A stretch of DNA of 64,000 bases, taken from an uncultured Veillonellaceae bacterium. Its GTDB lineage: Bacteria; Bacillota; Negativicutes; JARBTT01. The stretch spans positions 32,001-96,000 of the forward strand of contig CAWDTA010000002.1 of NCBI GenBank assembly GCA_963805085.1, read 5' to 3'. A model generated the notes under the pieces. It was not told where the DNA came from and did no database searches. It saw only the letters and a program-made list of their open reading frames with translations. Below, piece by piece: positions 10,350 to 21,127 of the stretch. Within the stretch, counting starts at the first letter, position 1, and each line of letters opens with the position of its first letter. Position numbers and translations under genes: made by a program.

Positions 10350-11669
10350 CTATAATCTCCAGTAGTTGTAGCCTGCACATTCATATTCTTTTCTATTGAG
10401 TACTCCTTTAATGTCAAGCAACACTTTTTTATTGTTTGGAACATTACCAAAAAACTTGTCTATATCTGCCTGTGATAAACTCATAAACTCGTTGTGAGCA
10501 ACAGCCAGAATCACTGCATTTATATCTTTGATGATTGGAATGTCCACAAAATCTATGCCGTATTCGAACTTGGCTCCTGCAGCATCGGCAATAGGGTCAG
10601 CAATGATAGGGAAAATTCCATATTCTTTTAACTCCTGAACAATATCAATAACCCTTGTATTTCGAGTGTCCGGGCAATTCTCTTTAAATGTAAACCCAAG
10701 AATAGCTACTTTTACGTTTTTTACCGAAACATCCGCTTTGATAAGATTTTTCACTAAATTCTCAACAACATACTTGCCCATATCATCATTAATACGACGA
10801 CCAGCGAGGATGATCTGTGAATGATAGCCTAGTTCTTCAGCTTTATATGTCAAGTAATAGGGGTCAACACCGATACAGTGTCCGCCAACAAGGCCCGGTG
10901 AAAAGTTAAGAAAATTCCATTTAGTACCAGCCACTTTTAATACAGCCTTTGTATCAATGCCCATTTTATTAAAAATAATCGATAATTCATTCATAAATGC
11001 TATATTAATATCGCGTTGGCTATTTTCGATTACTTTTGCCGCTTCCGCTACCTTAATACTTTCCGCTCTCTGCACCCCTGCTGCTGCTACAATCTCATAC
11101 ACCTTAGCAACTGCATTCAGTGTCTCTTCATCCATCCCGGAAACAATCTTGGTAATAGTCTCTAATCGATGAACCTTATCGCCTGGATTAATACGTTCTG
11201 GAGAATAGCCAACTTTAAAGTCTGTACCACATTTCAAACAAGATTCTTGCTCTAAAATAGGAATACAGATCTCCTCTGTTACACCTGGATAAACTGTTGA
11301 TTCGTACACTACGATAGAACCTTTAGTCAAATTTCTGCCAAGAATACGACTTGCGCCTTTAATCGGCGTTAAATCAGGTGTGTGATCTGGATTCACTGGT
11401 GTCGGTACTGCTACAATGTGGAACTTTGCTTCTTTTAGTCTAGCTTCATCTGATGTGAAATCTACAGTACAATTCGCTATTGCTTCATCGCCCACTTCTT
11501 TAGTGGGGTCGAATCCTTTTTTATATGTTTCTACTTTTGCTTCATTTATATCGAATCCAATAACATTTACCCTCTTTGCGAAAGATACTGCTATCGGCAT
11601 TCCGACATACCCCAGTCCTATTAAAGATATTTTTTCTTGTTTGTTGATAATTTTTTCATATAATGACAT
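10350..11669 (-). CDS. UDP-HexNAc 6-dehydrogenase (TviB/WbpO type)
   Basis: GLGYVG, YSPERINPGD, AKVIENSQRDINIA, GLVGGHCIGVDPYY, FKENCPDTRN. Confidence 0.9.
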   Translation of the reverse strand: MSLYEKIINKQEKISLIGLGYVGMPIAVSFAKRVNVIGFDINEAKVETYKKGFDPTKEVGDEAIANCTVDFTSDEARLKEAKFHIVAVPTPVNPDHTPDLTPIKGASRILGRNLTKGSIVVYESTVYPGVTEEICIPILEQESCLKCGTDFKVGYSPERINPGDKVHRLETITKIVSGMDEETLNAVAKVYEIVAAAGVQRAESIKVAEAAKVIENSQRDINIAFMNELSIIFNKMGIDTKAVLKVAGTKWNFLNFSPGLVGGHCIGVDPYYLTYKAEELGYHSQIILAGRRINDDMGKYVVENLVKNLIKADVSVKNVKVAILGFTFKENCPDTRNTRVIDIVQELKEYGIFPIIADPIADAAGAKFEYGIDFVDIPIIKDINAVILAVAHNEFMSLSQADIDKFFGNVPNNKKVLLDIKGVLNRKEYECAGYNYWRL

Positions 11670-12802
11670 GCAAACATTCCTCCACCATTTATCCTTTCCA
11701 ACTGCTGATACACAAGCTTGTTTATCTCATCCATATAGGTATTGACAACGATCTGACGATCAAAGTCACTTTCCATCTTTTTTCTTCCTGCTATCCCCAT
11801 CGTTTTTTTCTTCTCATAAGGAAGTTCTATAAACCGTTTTATTGTATCTACTAGGCTTTCAACATTCTTAGCTTCAAACCCAAATCCACTAAGACCCTCA
11901 TCAAACGTTTCTCTGCATCCTGTTACTTTGGATGCCAAAACAGGTCGACCAGAAGATGCAGCTTCAAGTAATACGTTCGCTGTTCCCTCATGATAGGAAG
12001 GAAGGATGATAGCATGACTTTTTGTAATAAAGGAATGAACATTACTCTGCCGACCATGATATTTAATAATCCCTTGCGTCTCCAGTTTTAGTAATCGATC
12101 CATATAATAGTCTTCTTCACTATCCCCTATGAAGTCAAATTGGGTATTGGGATATTTAGATTTTATTTGTATAGCCGCATCTAATAACTCACCCACGCCC
12201 TTATCTTTCATCATGCGACCAATGAATAAAAATTTTATTTCATCATCATTATCAAGATATTCCTCAAAACAATGCTGCTCAAGATTAACCCCTGATCCAG
12301 GAATAAGGCGAGTATTATCAGCCACTATATTTTTATCTTTAAAGAACTTCAGGTTGGGTTCATTTTGAAAAAATACACAAAATGCTTTTTGCAATCCCAC
12401 CGCATAAAGTCGTAATGCTACGAACTGCATGATCCCCTTATTTTCAATTGAAGTGCCTAAGCCAGTTACATTAGCCATATATGGTATCTGCAGCATCTTG
12501 CAAGCAATACCGCCATAAATATTTGGCTTAATTGTATAGGTAAGTACTACATTGGGGTTTATTTTTTTTATGATTTTCGTATAAAAATATATCAGCTTTA
12601 CATCAGTGATTGGATTGGTTCCACGTCTATCAATTGACGTATTCATGTATTTACAGCCCATTTTTTTTAGCTGAGGAATATATTCACCATCCGGCAATGA
12701 TATGAATACCTCATTATTCTGCTTGAGCAGTTCTTGCAAAAGCTCTTTTCTGAATTTATATAACCCGACATCATTATTGGCTAATACCAGTATTCTCGCC
12801 AA
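11621..12802 (-). CDS. GT4 glycosyltransferase (PglA/CapM-like)
   Basis: YTIKPNIYG, TGLG, FFQN, IPGSGVNL, LPSYHEG...LLEA. Confidence 0.85.
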   Translation of the reverse strand: MARILVLANNDVGLYKFRKELLQELLKQNNEVFISLPDGEYIPQLKKMGCKYMNTSIDRRGTNPITDVKLIYFYTKIIKKINPNVVLTYTIKPNIYGGIACKMLQIPYMANVTGLGTSIENKGIMQFVALRLYAVGLQKAFCVFFQNEPNLKFFKDKNIVADNTRLIPGSGVNLEQHCFEEYLDNDDEIKFLFIGRMMKDKGVGELLDAAIQIKSKYPNTQFDFIGDSEEDYYMDRLLKLETQGIIKYHGRQSNVHSFITKSHAIILPSYHEGTANVLLEAASSGRPVLASKVTGCRETFDEGLSGFGFEAKNVESLVDTIKRFIELPYEKKKTMGIAGRKKMESDFDRQIVVNTYMDEINKLVYQQLERINGGGMFACHYMKKLSTNKKKYL

Positions 12803-13421
12803 TTGTATTGACCCTCCTTACCGGAACACCAACATAAGTCGCAGCCTCCATGATATTCCTAATCACTACAGCACCGGCACCTATAATAGTCCCCTCTGTT
12901 ATTTCAACATTATTTTTCACTATAGCCCCAACACCAATCCAAGTACCTTTGCCAATAGTTACAGTACCGGCAATGTGTGCGCCTGGAGAAATATGGACAT
13001 AATCTGCAATCGTGCCATCATGATCAACAGTAGCGGCTGTGTTCACAATGCAACCATCACCTATTCTACTGCCACAGTTAATAACGGCACCAGCCATTAC
13101 AACTGTACCTTCTCCAATTTCAACTTGCATACCAATAGTAGTGTTGGGATGAATCAATATCGGCATCGTAACTCCTGCTGCTTTTAGTACCTTATGTAGT
13201 TTTTCTCTTGTTGCATTGTTTCCGATGGCTATAAAGATGTCATACTCTCCAACAAGGTTTAAAACTTTACTTGATGGACCAATAACCTCAAATCCCAGCG
13301 AGTATCGATGGGCCTCATCATCATCAAGAAATGCTATCTGTTGCCATCTATTCATTCTCACTGCAATGTCTGCGATGACTCTGCCATGACCACCTGCACC
13401 AATGATAAGGAGTTTTTCCAT
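12774..13421 (-). CDS. Sugar N-acetyltransferase (PglD/EpsM/NeuD family)
   Basis: GAGGHG, AIGNN..R, IHP, VDHD, hexapeptide repeats. Confidence 0.85.
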   Translation of the reverse strand: MEKLLIIGAGGHGRVIADIAVRMNRWQQIAFLDDDEAHRYSLGFEVIGPSSKVLNLVGEYDIFIAIGNNATREKLHKVLKAAGVTMPILIHPNTTIGMQVEIGEGTVVMAGAVINCGSRIGDGCIVNTAATVDHDGTIADYVHISPGAHIAGTVTIGKGTWIGVGAIVKNNVEITEGTIIGAGAVVIRNIMEAATYVGVPVRRVNTIGENTGISQ

Positions 13422-13504
13422 TTTAGCCTCCTTAGTTAAGTTTGCTCTTTTTTAAGGGTTCTAGGTTTATTTTTCACGCTAACACTTTCCTTTAAAAATT
13501 TGCT

Positions 13505-14140
13505 TTAGTCCATAGGAGTCCCCTTAAATGCGTCCATAGTAGCAGTATTCTCTGAACTTATACCTTCTCGTTTAAACACTTTATCTATCGTTTTAAAGAT
13601 GATCTTCCAGTCGCCAAAAAAGGTTATGTTCTGCGTATAGTCAACGTCAAAGTCGAATTTTTCTTCCCAACTTATAGCATTACGCCCACTGACCTGTGCC
13701 AATCCAGACAAACCCGGTCTCACATCATGGCGCCTTTTCTGCCGTTCATTGTAGAGCGATAAGTATTGAACTAATAGGGGCCTAGGTCCAACTATCGCCA
13801 TATCTCCCCTGACTATATTCCATAGTTCAGGAAGTTCATCTAAACTAGTTGCTCTTAAAAACTTTCCAAACTTAGTGAGTCTTATACCGTCAGGCAGTAG
13901 TTCCCCATTAGTGTCTTTCTCATCCGTCATTGTCCTGAACTTATACAGCCTGAAGTTTTTCTCATTCAAGCCAGGTCGATCTTGTTGAAAAATTATCGGG
14001 TTTCCAAATTTTAATCTCACTAAAATTGTAACGATGAGTAATACTGAACTTAAAACTATCAGTGCTATTAGTGACAGCATGAAATCTTGAGGTCTTTTTA
14101 TAAATTTTTCATAAAATCCTTTTTTACGCCCTATTGCCAA
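13505..14140 (-). CDS. Priming phosphoglycosyl transferase (PglC/EpsL family)
   Basis: IKR..D, KFRTM, LRATSLDELPEL, VGPRP, RPGLSGLAQV. Confidence 0.9.
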   Translation of the reverse strand: MAIGRKKGFYEKFIKRPQDFMLSLIALIVLSSVLLIVTILVRLKFGNPIIFQQDRPGLNEKNFRLYKFRTMTDEKDTNGELLPDGIRLTKFGKFLRATSLDELPELWNIVRGDMAIVGPRPLLVQYLSLYNERQKRRHDVRPGLSGLAQVSGRNAISWEEKFDFDVDYTQNITFFGDWKIIFKTIDKVFKREGISSENTATMDAFKGTPMD

Positions 14141-15363
14141 AGCTTTTTCACGATCTTAACGATCCTCTCCAAGTCATTTTCACTCATATTCGTGTCGCTC
14201 GGCAGACAAACACCACTCTTAAAAATCTGCTCACTGACGCTCTTACATACACTGTTTGGAAGAATCTGCTCACTATCACTCTTACATACGCTGTTTGGAA
14301 TAATCTGCTCATCTTCATACTGACTAATAAAATCGCATTGACTATAATAAGGCTGAAGATGCATTGGTTTCCAGATGGGACGCGATTCAATATTTTCTTC
14401 CTCCAAAGCCCGCATCACATCCAACGGCCCCACAGCCCCATTCAGCGTAATGCAAGAAAGCCAATAATTGGGCTCATTCCAATCATTTACAGGCATCATT
14501 TCAATGTCGTCTACTCCCTCAAACTCCTGCTGATAAAAATCAAAGATTTTTTTCTTTTCTTTGATTCTCTGATCTAAAATCTTTAGTTGCCCTCTGCCAA
14601 TACCTGCTACAATGTTTGACATTCGATAATTGTAACCAAGCTCACTATGTTGATACCAGCGAGCCGTGTCTCTACTCTGTGTAGCCCAGAAGCGTACTTT
14701 AGCAATACGCTCCTCGGACTTTTCCGGATCGCTGGCCACAAGCATACCCCCACCGGATGTTGTGATAATTTTATTGCCATTAAAACTGAATATACCATAT
14801 TTGCCAAAAGTCCCCGTATATTTTCCTTTATATAATGTACCTAACGATTCAGCAGCATCTTCTATCAATGGAACATGATAGCGATTACACAGTGCCAGTA
14901 TCTTATCTAAATCAGCTGATAAACCGTAGAGATGGACGACTAATACAGCCTTGACCTTTCCCTCATATTTTTGAAAGGCTTTCTCAAGTGCTACAGGCGA
15001 CATATTCCACGTTTTCTCGTCGGAATCAATAAAAACAGGTACAGCATTCTGATAGATAATCGGATTGGCCGTAGCTGAAAATGTCATAGAGGGACAAAAC
15101 ACGATATCTCGATTTTTATCAACCGCTTCTTTATCTTCGCCTACACCAACCGCCTTCAGTGCCATATGGATGGCAGCTGTTCCGGAAGACAGCGCAACTG
15201 CACACTTTGCTCCTAACCTTGCTGAAAATTCTTTTTCAAATTCATTTACGTTCTTGCCGAGGGGGGCAATCCAATTGGTATCAAAAGCCTCTCTGACATA
15301 GACCCTTTCATATCCTTCATCACTCATATGTGGTGATGAAAGATAAATTTTAGCTAAACCCAT
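14131..15363 (-). CDS. DegT/DnrJ PLP aminotransferase (PglE/EpsN type)
   Basis: LSSPHM, SSGTAAIH, EDAAESLG, SFNGNKIITTSGGG, GYNYRMSN, RPIWKPMHLQP. Confidence 0.9.
   Translation of the reverse strand: MGLAKIYLSSPHMSDEGYERVYVREAFDTNWIAPLGKNVNEFEKEFSARLGAKCAVALSSGTAAIHMALKAVGVGEDKEAVDKNRDIVFCPSMTFSATANPIIYQNAVPVFIDSDEKTWNMSPVALEKAFQKYEGKVKAVLVVHLYGLSADLDKILALCNRYHVPLIEDAAESLGTLYKGKYTGTFGKYGIFSFNGNKIITTSGGGMLVASDPEKSEERIAKVRFWATQSRDTARWYQHSELGYNYRMSNIVAGIGRGQLKILDQRIKEKKKIFDFYQQEFEGVDDIEMMPVNDWNEPNYWLSCITLNGAVGPLDVMRALEEENIESRPIWKPMHLQPYYSQCDFISQYEDEQIIPNSVCKSDSEQILPNSVCKSVSEQIFKSGVCLPSDTNMSENDLERIVKIVKKLWQ
14224..14311. repeat. 39-bp in-frame tandem repeat (2 units plus a partial third) inside the aminotransferase gene
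   Basis: aatctgctcactgacgctcttacatacactgtttggaag / aatctgctcactatcactcttacatacgctgtttggaat / aatctgctca; encodes EQIIPNSVCKSDS-EQILPNSVCKSVS-EQIF. Confidence 0.9.
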
Positions 15364-15417
15364 TTCTATCCTCTCCCCAGTCCAAAATTTTCTATTCTAA
15401 AACAAACCATGTTTTCT

Positions 15418-17325
15418 TTAGCTGACATCGTTTACTGTCTGATACTGCTTCACGGGACTGGACCCTCGTTCGGGTATGACATCCGACTCATGAGCAACTT
15501 TGCGTTTTTGAAGCTGTGCACTTTGAAAGGTTGGAACCAATTTTGCGAGCTCCTGAATGACTTCCACATTGCCCACAGTCTGCTGCAATGACAATAACCT
15601 TTGCCTTAATTTTTTTTCATCGACAGTTTTCAAATTAGCGACAAAAATTTTCTCATGCTTCGTCGAAGCCGTTCCTTCTTTGGCTGTCATCAATTCTTCA
15701 AATAATTTTTCCCCTGGCCTGATTCCTGTAAACTGAATTTGAATATCTTTATGTGGCAAAAGACCTGATAATTCAATAAGGTCACAAGCCATATCAAAAA
15801 TCTTAACGGGTTTCCCCATATCAAGCACAAAGACCTCACCGCCCTTGGCAATAGCTCCGGCCTGCAAGATTAATTGAGATGCTTCCGGAATGGTCATGAA
15901 GTAGCGTTCCATATCGGGATGCGTGATCGTAATGGGACCCCCTTGAGCAATTTGTTTTTTAAATAAGGGGATCACACTGCCACGGCTGCCAAGCACATTA
16001 CCAAAGCGTACCACAACGAATTTTGTAGCACTTTTCTTACTAATATTTTGAATAATGAGTTCAGCCACTCTTTTGGTTGCTCCCATGACACTGGTAGGAT
16101 TGACGGCCTTATCAGTGGAAACCATGACAAATACTTCAGCACCTGCCTGATGAGCGGCCTCAGCCACCGTCTTGGTACCAAAAACATTATTACGCACGGC
16201 TTCAGCAGGTTGGGATTCCATCAACGGCACATGTTTATGAGCTGCCGCATGAAATACAACTTGAGGCTGAAACTGACTAAATACCTCATCCATGCGCTTT
16301 TGATCCCTCACATCGGCAATCACCGGTGTTAACGCCAATAAAGGCTGCCTGTTCTTCAGTTCCTGGTCAATTTCATAAATACTGTTTTCGCCTTTACCTA
16401 GTATTACAAGTGTTTCTGGCGACATTTTTGCCACCTGGCGACAAAGTTCAGAGCCAATGGAACCGCCAGCTCCAGTAACAAGTACTCTTTTGCCTGTCAG
16501 ATAATCGGCAATTTCATCTAAATTCAACTTGACAGGATCTCTTCTGAGCAAATCCTCTAAATTCACCTTGCGCAACTGTTGCAAGCTGAATTTCCCATCA
16601 ATAAGTTCATAAATACCAGGAACAGTCTGTACACTACACTTAGTATTTTGGCACATTTTTACAATTTTACGAACAATATCACCGCTAACAGAAGGCATGG
16701 CAATAATAATCTCATTGACGTCATAGTCCTGCACAACACGTGAAATATCATTTTGTGTACCCAACACCTTGACACCAAATATCATTTGGCTTTTTTTATA
16801 CGAGGAATCATCAATAAATCCAATCAGTTTTTTCGTCTCATAATAACGTCGAATAATTTCCCGAGCGATCATAGCGCCGGCATCACCAGCACCGATAATC
16901 AAAACCCGCTGGATAGGTTTCACAGGCGTCAGGCGCAAGATGTAGTGAAGCATACGGATTCCCAACCGACTACTGCCAATCAACATAATGTTAAAAATCC
17001 AACTCAACACATAGATGCTCCTCGGCGGTATGAACCCCACTATCATGGAATATCCATAGATGAGTACCGAGCCTACCGTCACCGCCCCGATGATCCCCAT
17101 TAACTCATGAATACTGGCATAGCGCCACAACCGATGGTACAAGCGAAATATATATAAACTTCCCAGCCGGATCAGAACAACTGCTGGTAAGTAGTGAAAG
17201 AGCTGAGTATAGTAATCTTCGCTTACCACGCCTTCAAAGCGAAGAAATAATACAAGAAACGGTACTAACGAAACGATCAATATATCGGTAATGATCATTA
17301 CTAAAGACACCAGTTTTCGCCGCAA
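15418..17325 (-). CDS. Membrane-bound UDP-GlcNAc 4,6-dehydratase (CapD/PglF/EpsC)
   Basis: N-terminal TM segments, GAGDAG, EDLLRRDP, TGAGGSIGSE, HAAAHKHVP, STDKAVNP, RFGNVLGSRGSV; TTG start at 17325 chosen from the GGAGGGG RBS. Confidence 0.9.
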   Translation of the reverse strand: MRRKLVSLVMIITDILIVSLVPFLVLFLRFEGVVSEDYYTQLFHYLPAVVLIRLGSLYIFRLYHRLWRYASIHELMGIIGAVTVGSVLIYGYSMIVGFIPPRSIYVLSWIFNIMLIGSSRLGIRMLHYILRLTPVKPIQRVLIIGAGDAGAMIAREIIRRYYETKKLIGFIDDSSYKKSQMIFGVKVLGTQNDISRVVQDYDVNEIIIAMPSVSGDIVRKIVKMCQNTKCSVQTVPGIYELIDGKFSLQQLRKVNLEDLLRRDPVKLNLDEIADYLTGKRVLVTGAGGSIGSELCRQVAKMSPETLVILGKGENSIYEIDQELKNRQPLLALTPVIADVRDQKRMDEVFSQFQPQVVFHAAAHKHVPLMESQPAEAVRNNVFGTKTVAEAAHQAGAEVFVMVSTDKAVNPTSVMGATKRVAELIIQNISKKSATKFVVVRFGNVLGSRGSVIPLFKKQIAQGGPITITHPDMERYFMTIPEASQLILQAGAIAKGGEVFVLDMGKPVKIFDMACDLIELSGLLPHKDIQIQFTGIRPGEKLFEELMTAKEGTASTKHEKIFVANLKTVDEKKLRQRLLSLQQTVGNVEVIQELAKLVPTFQSAQLQKRKVAHESDVIPERGSSPVKQYQTVNDVS

Positions 17326-17346
17326 AATGACCCCTCCCCACATATC

Positions 17347-18045
17347 CTATGATTTCGCCACTCTATTTTTTTCCATTTCACTGCTATAATAGTAATAATA
17401 AGCAAATTCATTCTCAATCTCGACCCGATTGAGAATAACCCCTAGTATATGCCCATTGGCTTTGGTTAGCAGCTCCTTAGTCTTTTGGGCCATCTCGGGG
17501 GACACTGTGCCAGTATCTAGTACTAACATGATTCCATCCACCTTAGAGGCCAACACGCAGGCATCGGTAACCGCCATTACTGGCGGCACGTCAATGATGA
17601 GATAGTCCGACTGAGCTTGCAAAGTATCCAGCAATTCCTGCATTTTCGCCGCCCCTAAGAGTTCCGAAGGGTTCGGCGGTATCGGACCACTTGTGAACAC
17701 CCTAAGATTTTCGATGTCAGTATCCTGGATGAGATCGGTAGCTACCAAGTCTTCCACCAGAAAGTTCGTAACTCCACGTCTAGTTCTATCAAAAATCTTA
17801 TGCTGTACCGGTTTCCGCAAATCGCAGTCCAAAATAATCACCTTTTTGCCGGATTGAGCCAAAACAGCAGCAGTGTTGGCGGCAGTTGTCGATTTTCCTT
17901 CCCCTGGTCCGGCGCTGGTAAACATGAGCGTTTTTAGCTCGCCGTCCATTTTAGCAAACTGGATATTTGTCCGCAGGATACGATAGGCCTCTGCGATGGG
18001 AGATTTGACATCTTGTTGTACAATGAGTTGACATTGTTGTGGCAT
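17347..18045 (-). CDS. CpsD/CapB-family BY tyrosine kinase
   Basis: EAYRILRTNI, Walker A GEGKST, DCDLRKP, PPNPSELL, C-terminal YYYYY cluster; start at ATG 18045 with AGGAGAGG RBS. Confidence 0.9.
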   Translation of the reverse strand: MPQQCQLIVQQDVKSPIAEAYRILRTNIQFAKMDGELKTLMFTSAGPGEGKSTTAANTAAVLAQSGKKVIILDCDLRKPVQHKIFDRTRRGVTNFLVEDLVATDLIQDTDIENLRVFTSGPIPPNPSELLGAAKMQELLDTLQAQSDYLIIDVPPVMAVTDACVLASKVDGIMLVLDTGTVSPEMAQKTKELLTKANGHILGVILNRVEIENEFAYYYYYSSEMEKNRVAKS

Positions 18046-18047
18046 AC

Positions 18048-19505
18048 TTAGCCTCTCCTTTGCAATTTCACCTGAATGAATTGGACAAATTGGTTCCACC
18101 TGGTTTCCTGCCATTTGTTTCTGTTGTCAAAGTCGGGAATATTACCCAGTATAGGCACCCCCAAATAATGCTGCACATCTTCAGCAGTCTTAATCGTTTT
18201 ATTCATGTTTTCCAATAGGAAGGCCAGTGCCGTACCAACGAGCAAACCTAATATGGCCGCAATCAATATGTTTAAGATTTTTTTGGGCGAAATGGGCTTG
18301 TCCGGGGCAATAGCTACATCGATGACTTGAACCTCAGTTGGTTCCATGACTTCACTAATTCGGGCTTCTTCATAACGTTTGGCAAGCATAATATAGATTT
18401 CCTGATCCACGGATGCATTACGCATAACTTTCATCAGACCTTGTTCCTTCAAAGGCAAGGTACTGAGTTCTTGTTCATTGGCACTGACAATGGATTTGAT
18501 GGCCTGACTCTGAGCCGTCCCAGCGGCAATTTGTGCTTCAGCTTGAATCTTACCTTGCACCAAACCAACATGAACCGGATTCATTGAAGGTGCATCAGCG
18601 TTAATCACGCGGGCAATTTCTGCGTTCAATCTGGTTTTCGTGGCTTCAATGGCAGCGCGTGTAGCCTCGACTTGAGGATATTTATCCGTATACTTAGAAA
18701 TGAGAGTAACCAATAGAACTTCCTGATCAGCCAATTTTTCTTTATACTGCTGAATCAAAGGACTGTCCGCCACAAAACCTGGTTTCTCCAGATTAAGTTC
18801 TTGCTGCGTGACACCTAAAATTGCCTGAGCTGCCGCCAACTCGGCTTGATTTTTTGCCGACAATTTATCGATATCAGACAGCTTAGTAAGCATAACTTTT
18901 GTTTCTTCCGCCGGATCAACAGTTTTTTGCTGCGTCTTATATACCTGAAGAGCTTCTTCTGATTGTTCTAATTCCTGCTTGGATTCCTGCAGCCTCTGGC
19001 CAACAAAAGACCGCACATTGGATTGTTCGGCTCGCACTAAAAAGGTCATACGATCCAAAAAGGTATTAACTAACGTATTGGCTACCCATTCTGCTTCTTC
19101 CGGTGATTTAGCCTTCACTTTAATTTTCAATATTTCTGTGTCTTTTACCGGTTCCGTCGTAATACGTTTTAATAATGATTCATATGTAGGAATTTCTTCC
19201 TTCCCCCCCTGCGTCTGATCAATCACGGACTCTATGATCGTACGACCTTTTAGAATTTCAGCATAGGTATTCATTAATTGTTTTGTATAGGCTGAATTAT
19301 CCAAAGGTAAATCAGAGAGAAGGGAAGTACCAAGTCCTTTGGGCTGTTTCACCCGTAAATTCGTCTCCGCTTCATACATGGGAGGAATCACCCAACTAAT
19401 CACCATAGCCAGGATGACAAAAACCAGAAAGACACTGATAATCAATTTACATCGTTTTCTGATGATTTTAATCATTTCTTTTAACTCAAGAGTTGTTTCA
19501 TTCAC
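18048..19505 (-). CDS. Polysaccharide co-polymerase / chain-length determinant (GumC/Wzc N-terminal type)
   Basis: Two TM segments flanking a long coiled coil; YTDKYP, VIDVA..P..PISP, LG.P.LG.IP. Confidence 0.85.
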   Translation of the reverse strand: MNETTLELKEMIKIIRKRCKLIISVFLVFVILAMVISWVIPPMYEAETNLRVKQPKGLGTSLLSDLPLDNSAYTKQLMNTYAEILKGRTIIESVIDQTQGGKEEIPTYESLLKRITTEPVKDTEILKIKVKAKSPEEAEWVANTLVNTFLDRMTFLVRAEQSNVRSFVGQRLQESKQELEQSEEALQVYKTQQKTVDPAEETKVMLTKLSDIDKLSAKNQAELAAAQAILGVTQQELNLEKPGFVADSPLIQQYKEKLADQEVLLVTLISKYTDKYPQVEATRAAIEATKTRLNAEIARVINADAPSMNPVHVGLVQGKIQAEAQIAAGTAQSQAIKSIVSANEQELSTLPLKEQGLMKVMRNASVDQEIYIMLAKRYEEARISEVMEPTEVQVIDVAIAPDKPISPKKILNILIAAILGLLVGTALAFLLENMNKTIKTAEDVQHYLGVPILGNIPDFDNRNKWQETRWNQFVQFIQVKLQRRG

Positions 19506-19552
19506 ACTGTTTCCTCCGTGTACTAAAATCAGTAAGGTACTGCAAAACTTGA

Positions 19553-20203
19553 TCAGTCATGCAGATGTGTTGCATAATACAGACTAGACAAATAGGGCAG
19601 TATATCCCTAGCAATATCCAGTCGGCCATTGGACGAGAGATAAACAACATCGCCGTCATTCAATACATGGTTTTGACTCATATCACCGTCTTTTAACATT
19701 TTGAGCAAATTGACAGTAATCGGATGATCGGTCTGACCGTTTCGAAGGATCATCACCTTCTTTTTAGCCGCATCCTTAGTTTGACCGCCAGCCATACCAA
19801 TGGCGTCCAAAAGATTGTGCTGTTTTTCCACCTCGTACATTCCCGGTTTGACCACTTCTCCAAGGACATAAATCCGAATGGTATGAAAGCGAACAACATT
19901 CACACTAACTTTTGGATTCACAATATATTCACCCACCCCGGCAGTAATACGGTCTGTTAATTCGGTAACTGTCAACCCGCTCGCCTGTATCTCACCAACG
20001 ATTGGGAAGCTCATCGCCCCGTCCGGACGGATCAACAGTTCATTGCCTGCATCTTTGCTTTGAAACTGATCAGCATAACCCCATACGCTTACCGTTACTA
20101 CATCTCCGGGAAGTAATCGATACTCTGGTGCCGATTCAACATCAGCCATAAAACAAGCCGTCCACAAAAGTGACAATAAGGCAAAAATCAAAAACTTCTT
20201 CAC
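19553..20203 (-). CDS. wza: Polysaccharide export protein (Wza/Poly_export plus SLBB)
   Basis: YRLLPGDV, IRPDG..SFP.VG, VLGEV.KPG, AIGMAGG, L.DGDVVY; GTG start 20203 gives a signal-peptide-like N-terminus. Confidence 0.8.
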   Translation of the reverse strand: MKKFLIFALLSLLWTACFMADVESAPEYRLLPGDVVTVSVWGYADQFQSKDAGNELLIRPDGAMSFPIVGEIQASGLTVTELTDRITAGVGEYIVNPKVSVNVVRFHTIRIYVLGEVVKPGMYEVEKQHNLLDAIGMAGGQTKDAAKKKVMILRNGQTDHPITVNLLKMLKDGDMSQNHVLNDGDVVYLSSNGRLDIARDILPYLSSLYYATHLHD

Positions 20204-20234
20204 ACTTTGACCCCCTACAAATACTGCATGCGTT

Positions 20235-21035
20235 CTAACTTCCTGTGAGTTTTTTAAACAGCCACGTCCATAGACCGGGTGAACTAGGATAAACCAGGCT
20301 ATCAATTTCACCTGCTGTTACCTCTAAATTTTGTAAAACGTGCAGCGTGTTAATTGTAAACAGTTGCTCGGCCCGATCGACGCCAACAAGCTGGACCACT
20401 CGACAGCGTGCAGCCTGTAAATCAGGATGGCGGGTCCGGGTATTATGAGCATCCGACCCAATAAACTGGATAAGTCGATTCACCAAAAATAATTCTGCCG
20501 TTTTCTGCACCTGCTCCCCCCAACGGCCGAGAATACTCGTGCCATTCATTTGAGCAAGTATCCCTTTTTTTACCCATTCGACCAAAATCTCCGGCCATCG
20601 TGCCAACACAGTATGCCGCTCGGGATGAGCCAAAATCGGAATAATCCCCTTGGCCTGGAGTCTGAAAAAAAATTCTTCTGTATAACTGGGAATCTCCAAT
20701 GACGGCAGTTCTACTAGTAAATAGCGTCCGCCATTGATACAATAGTCACCAGGTCCATTTATTTTTTCTAAAATATCCAATTGCAATGACACCTCCGCTC
20801 CCGGATACAGTGCGACGTTAAGTCCAGTTTTTTTGGCTGCCGTCTGTAGTAATTTGCAGCGGTGAACAATATCCTGCCACATTGGCAGACAATTGCCTTT
20901 TATCACATGAGGTGTACCAATCATAATGGTTGTCTCCTTTGCTGCGGCAATGGTTAACATTTGGATGGCCGTCATCATGTCTTTTGCCCCATCATCCAAG
21001 TCCGGCAAGATATGACTGTGAATATCAATGATCAA
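20235..21035 (-). CDS. CpsB/CapC PHP-family tyrosine phosphatase
   Basis: IDIHSHILP..DDGA, TPH, LAHPER, GSDAH; TTG start at 21035 with AGAGG RBS. Confidence 0.9.
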   Translation of the reverse strand: MIIDIHSHILPDLDDGAKDMMTAIQMLTIAAAKETTIMIGTPHVIKGNCLPMWQDIVHRCKLLQTAAKKTGLNVALYPGAEVSLQLDILEKINGPGDYCINGGRYLLVELPSLEIPSYTEEFFFRLQAKGIIPILAHPERHTVLARWPEILVEWVKKGILAQMNGTSILGRWGEQVQKTAELFLVNRLIQFIGSDAHNTRTRHPDLQAARCRVVQLVGVDRAEQLFTINTLHVLQNLEVTAGEIDSLVYPSSPGLWTWLFKKLTGS

Positions 21036-21127
21036 AACAGATCCTCTTTTCGTTTTTATACCATTCGACTCGGTCCATCGACGATACTCATAGCTACTCA
21101 ACATTGGTGATAATTATTCGTACTTTT

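Noticed and set aside
11621-11669. 49-nt overlap of the GT4 tail with the dehydrogenase start, as a possible recoding site
   Set aside because: The downstream gene has its own GGAGG RBS and ATG; a lost stop codon or ordinary overlap explains it
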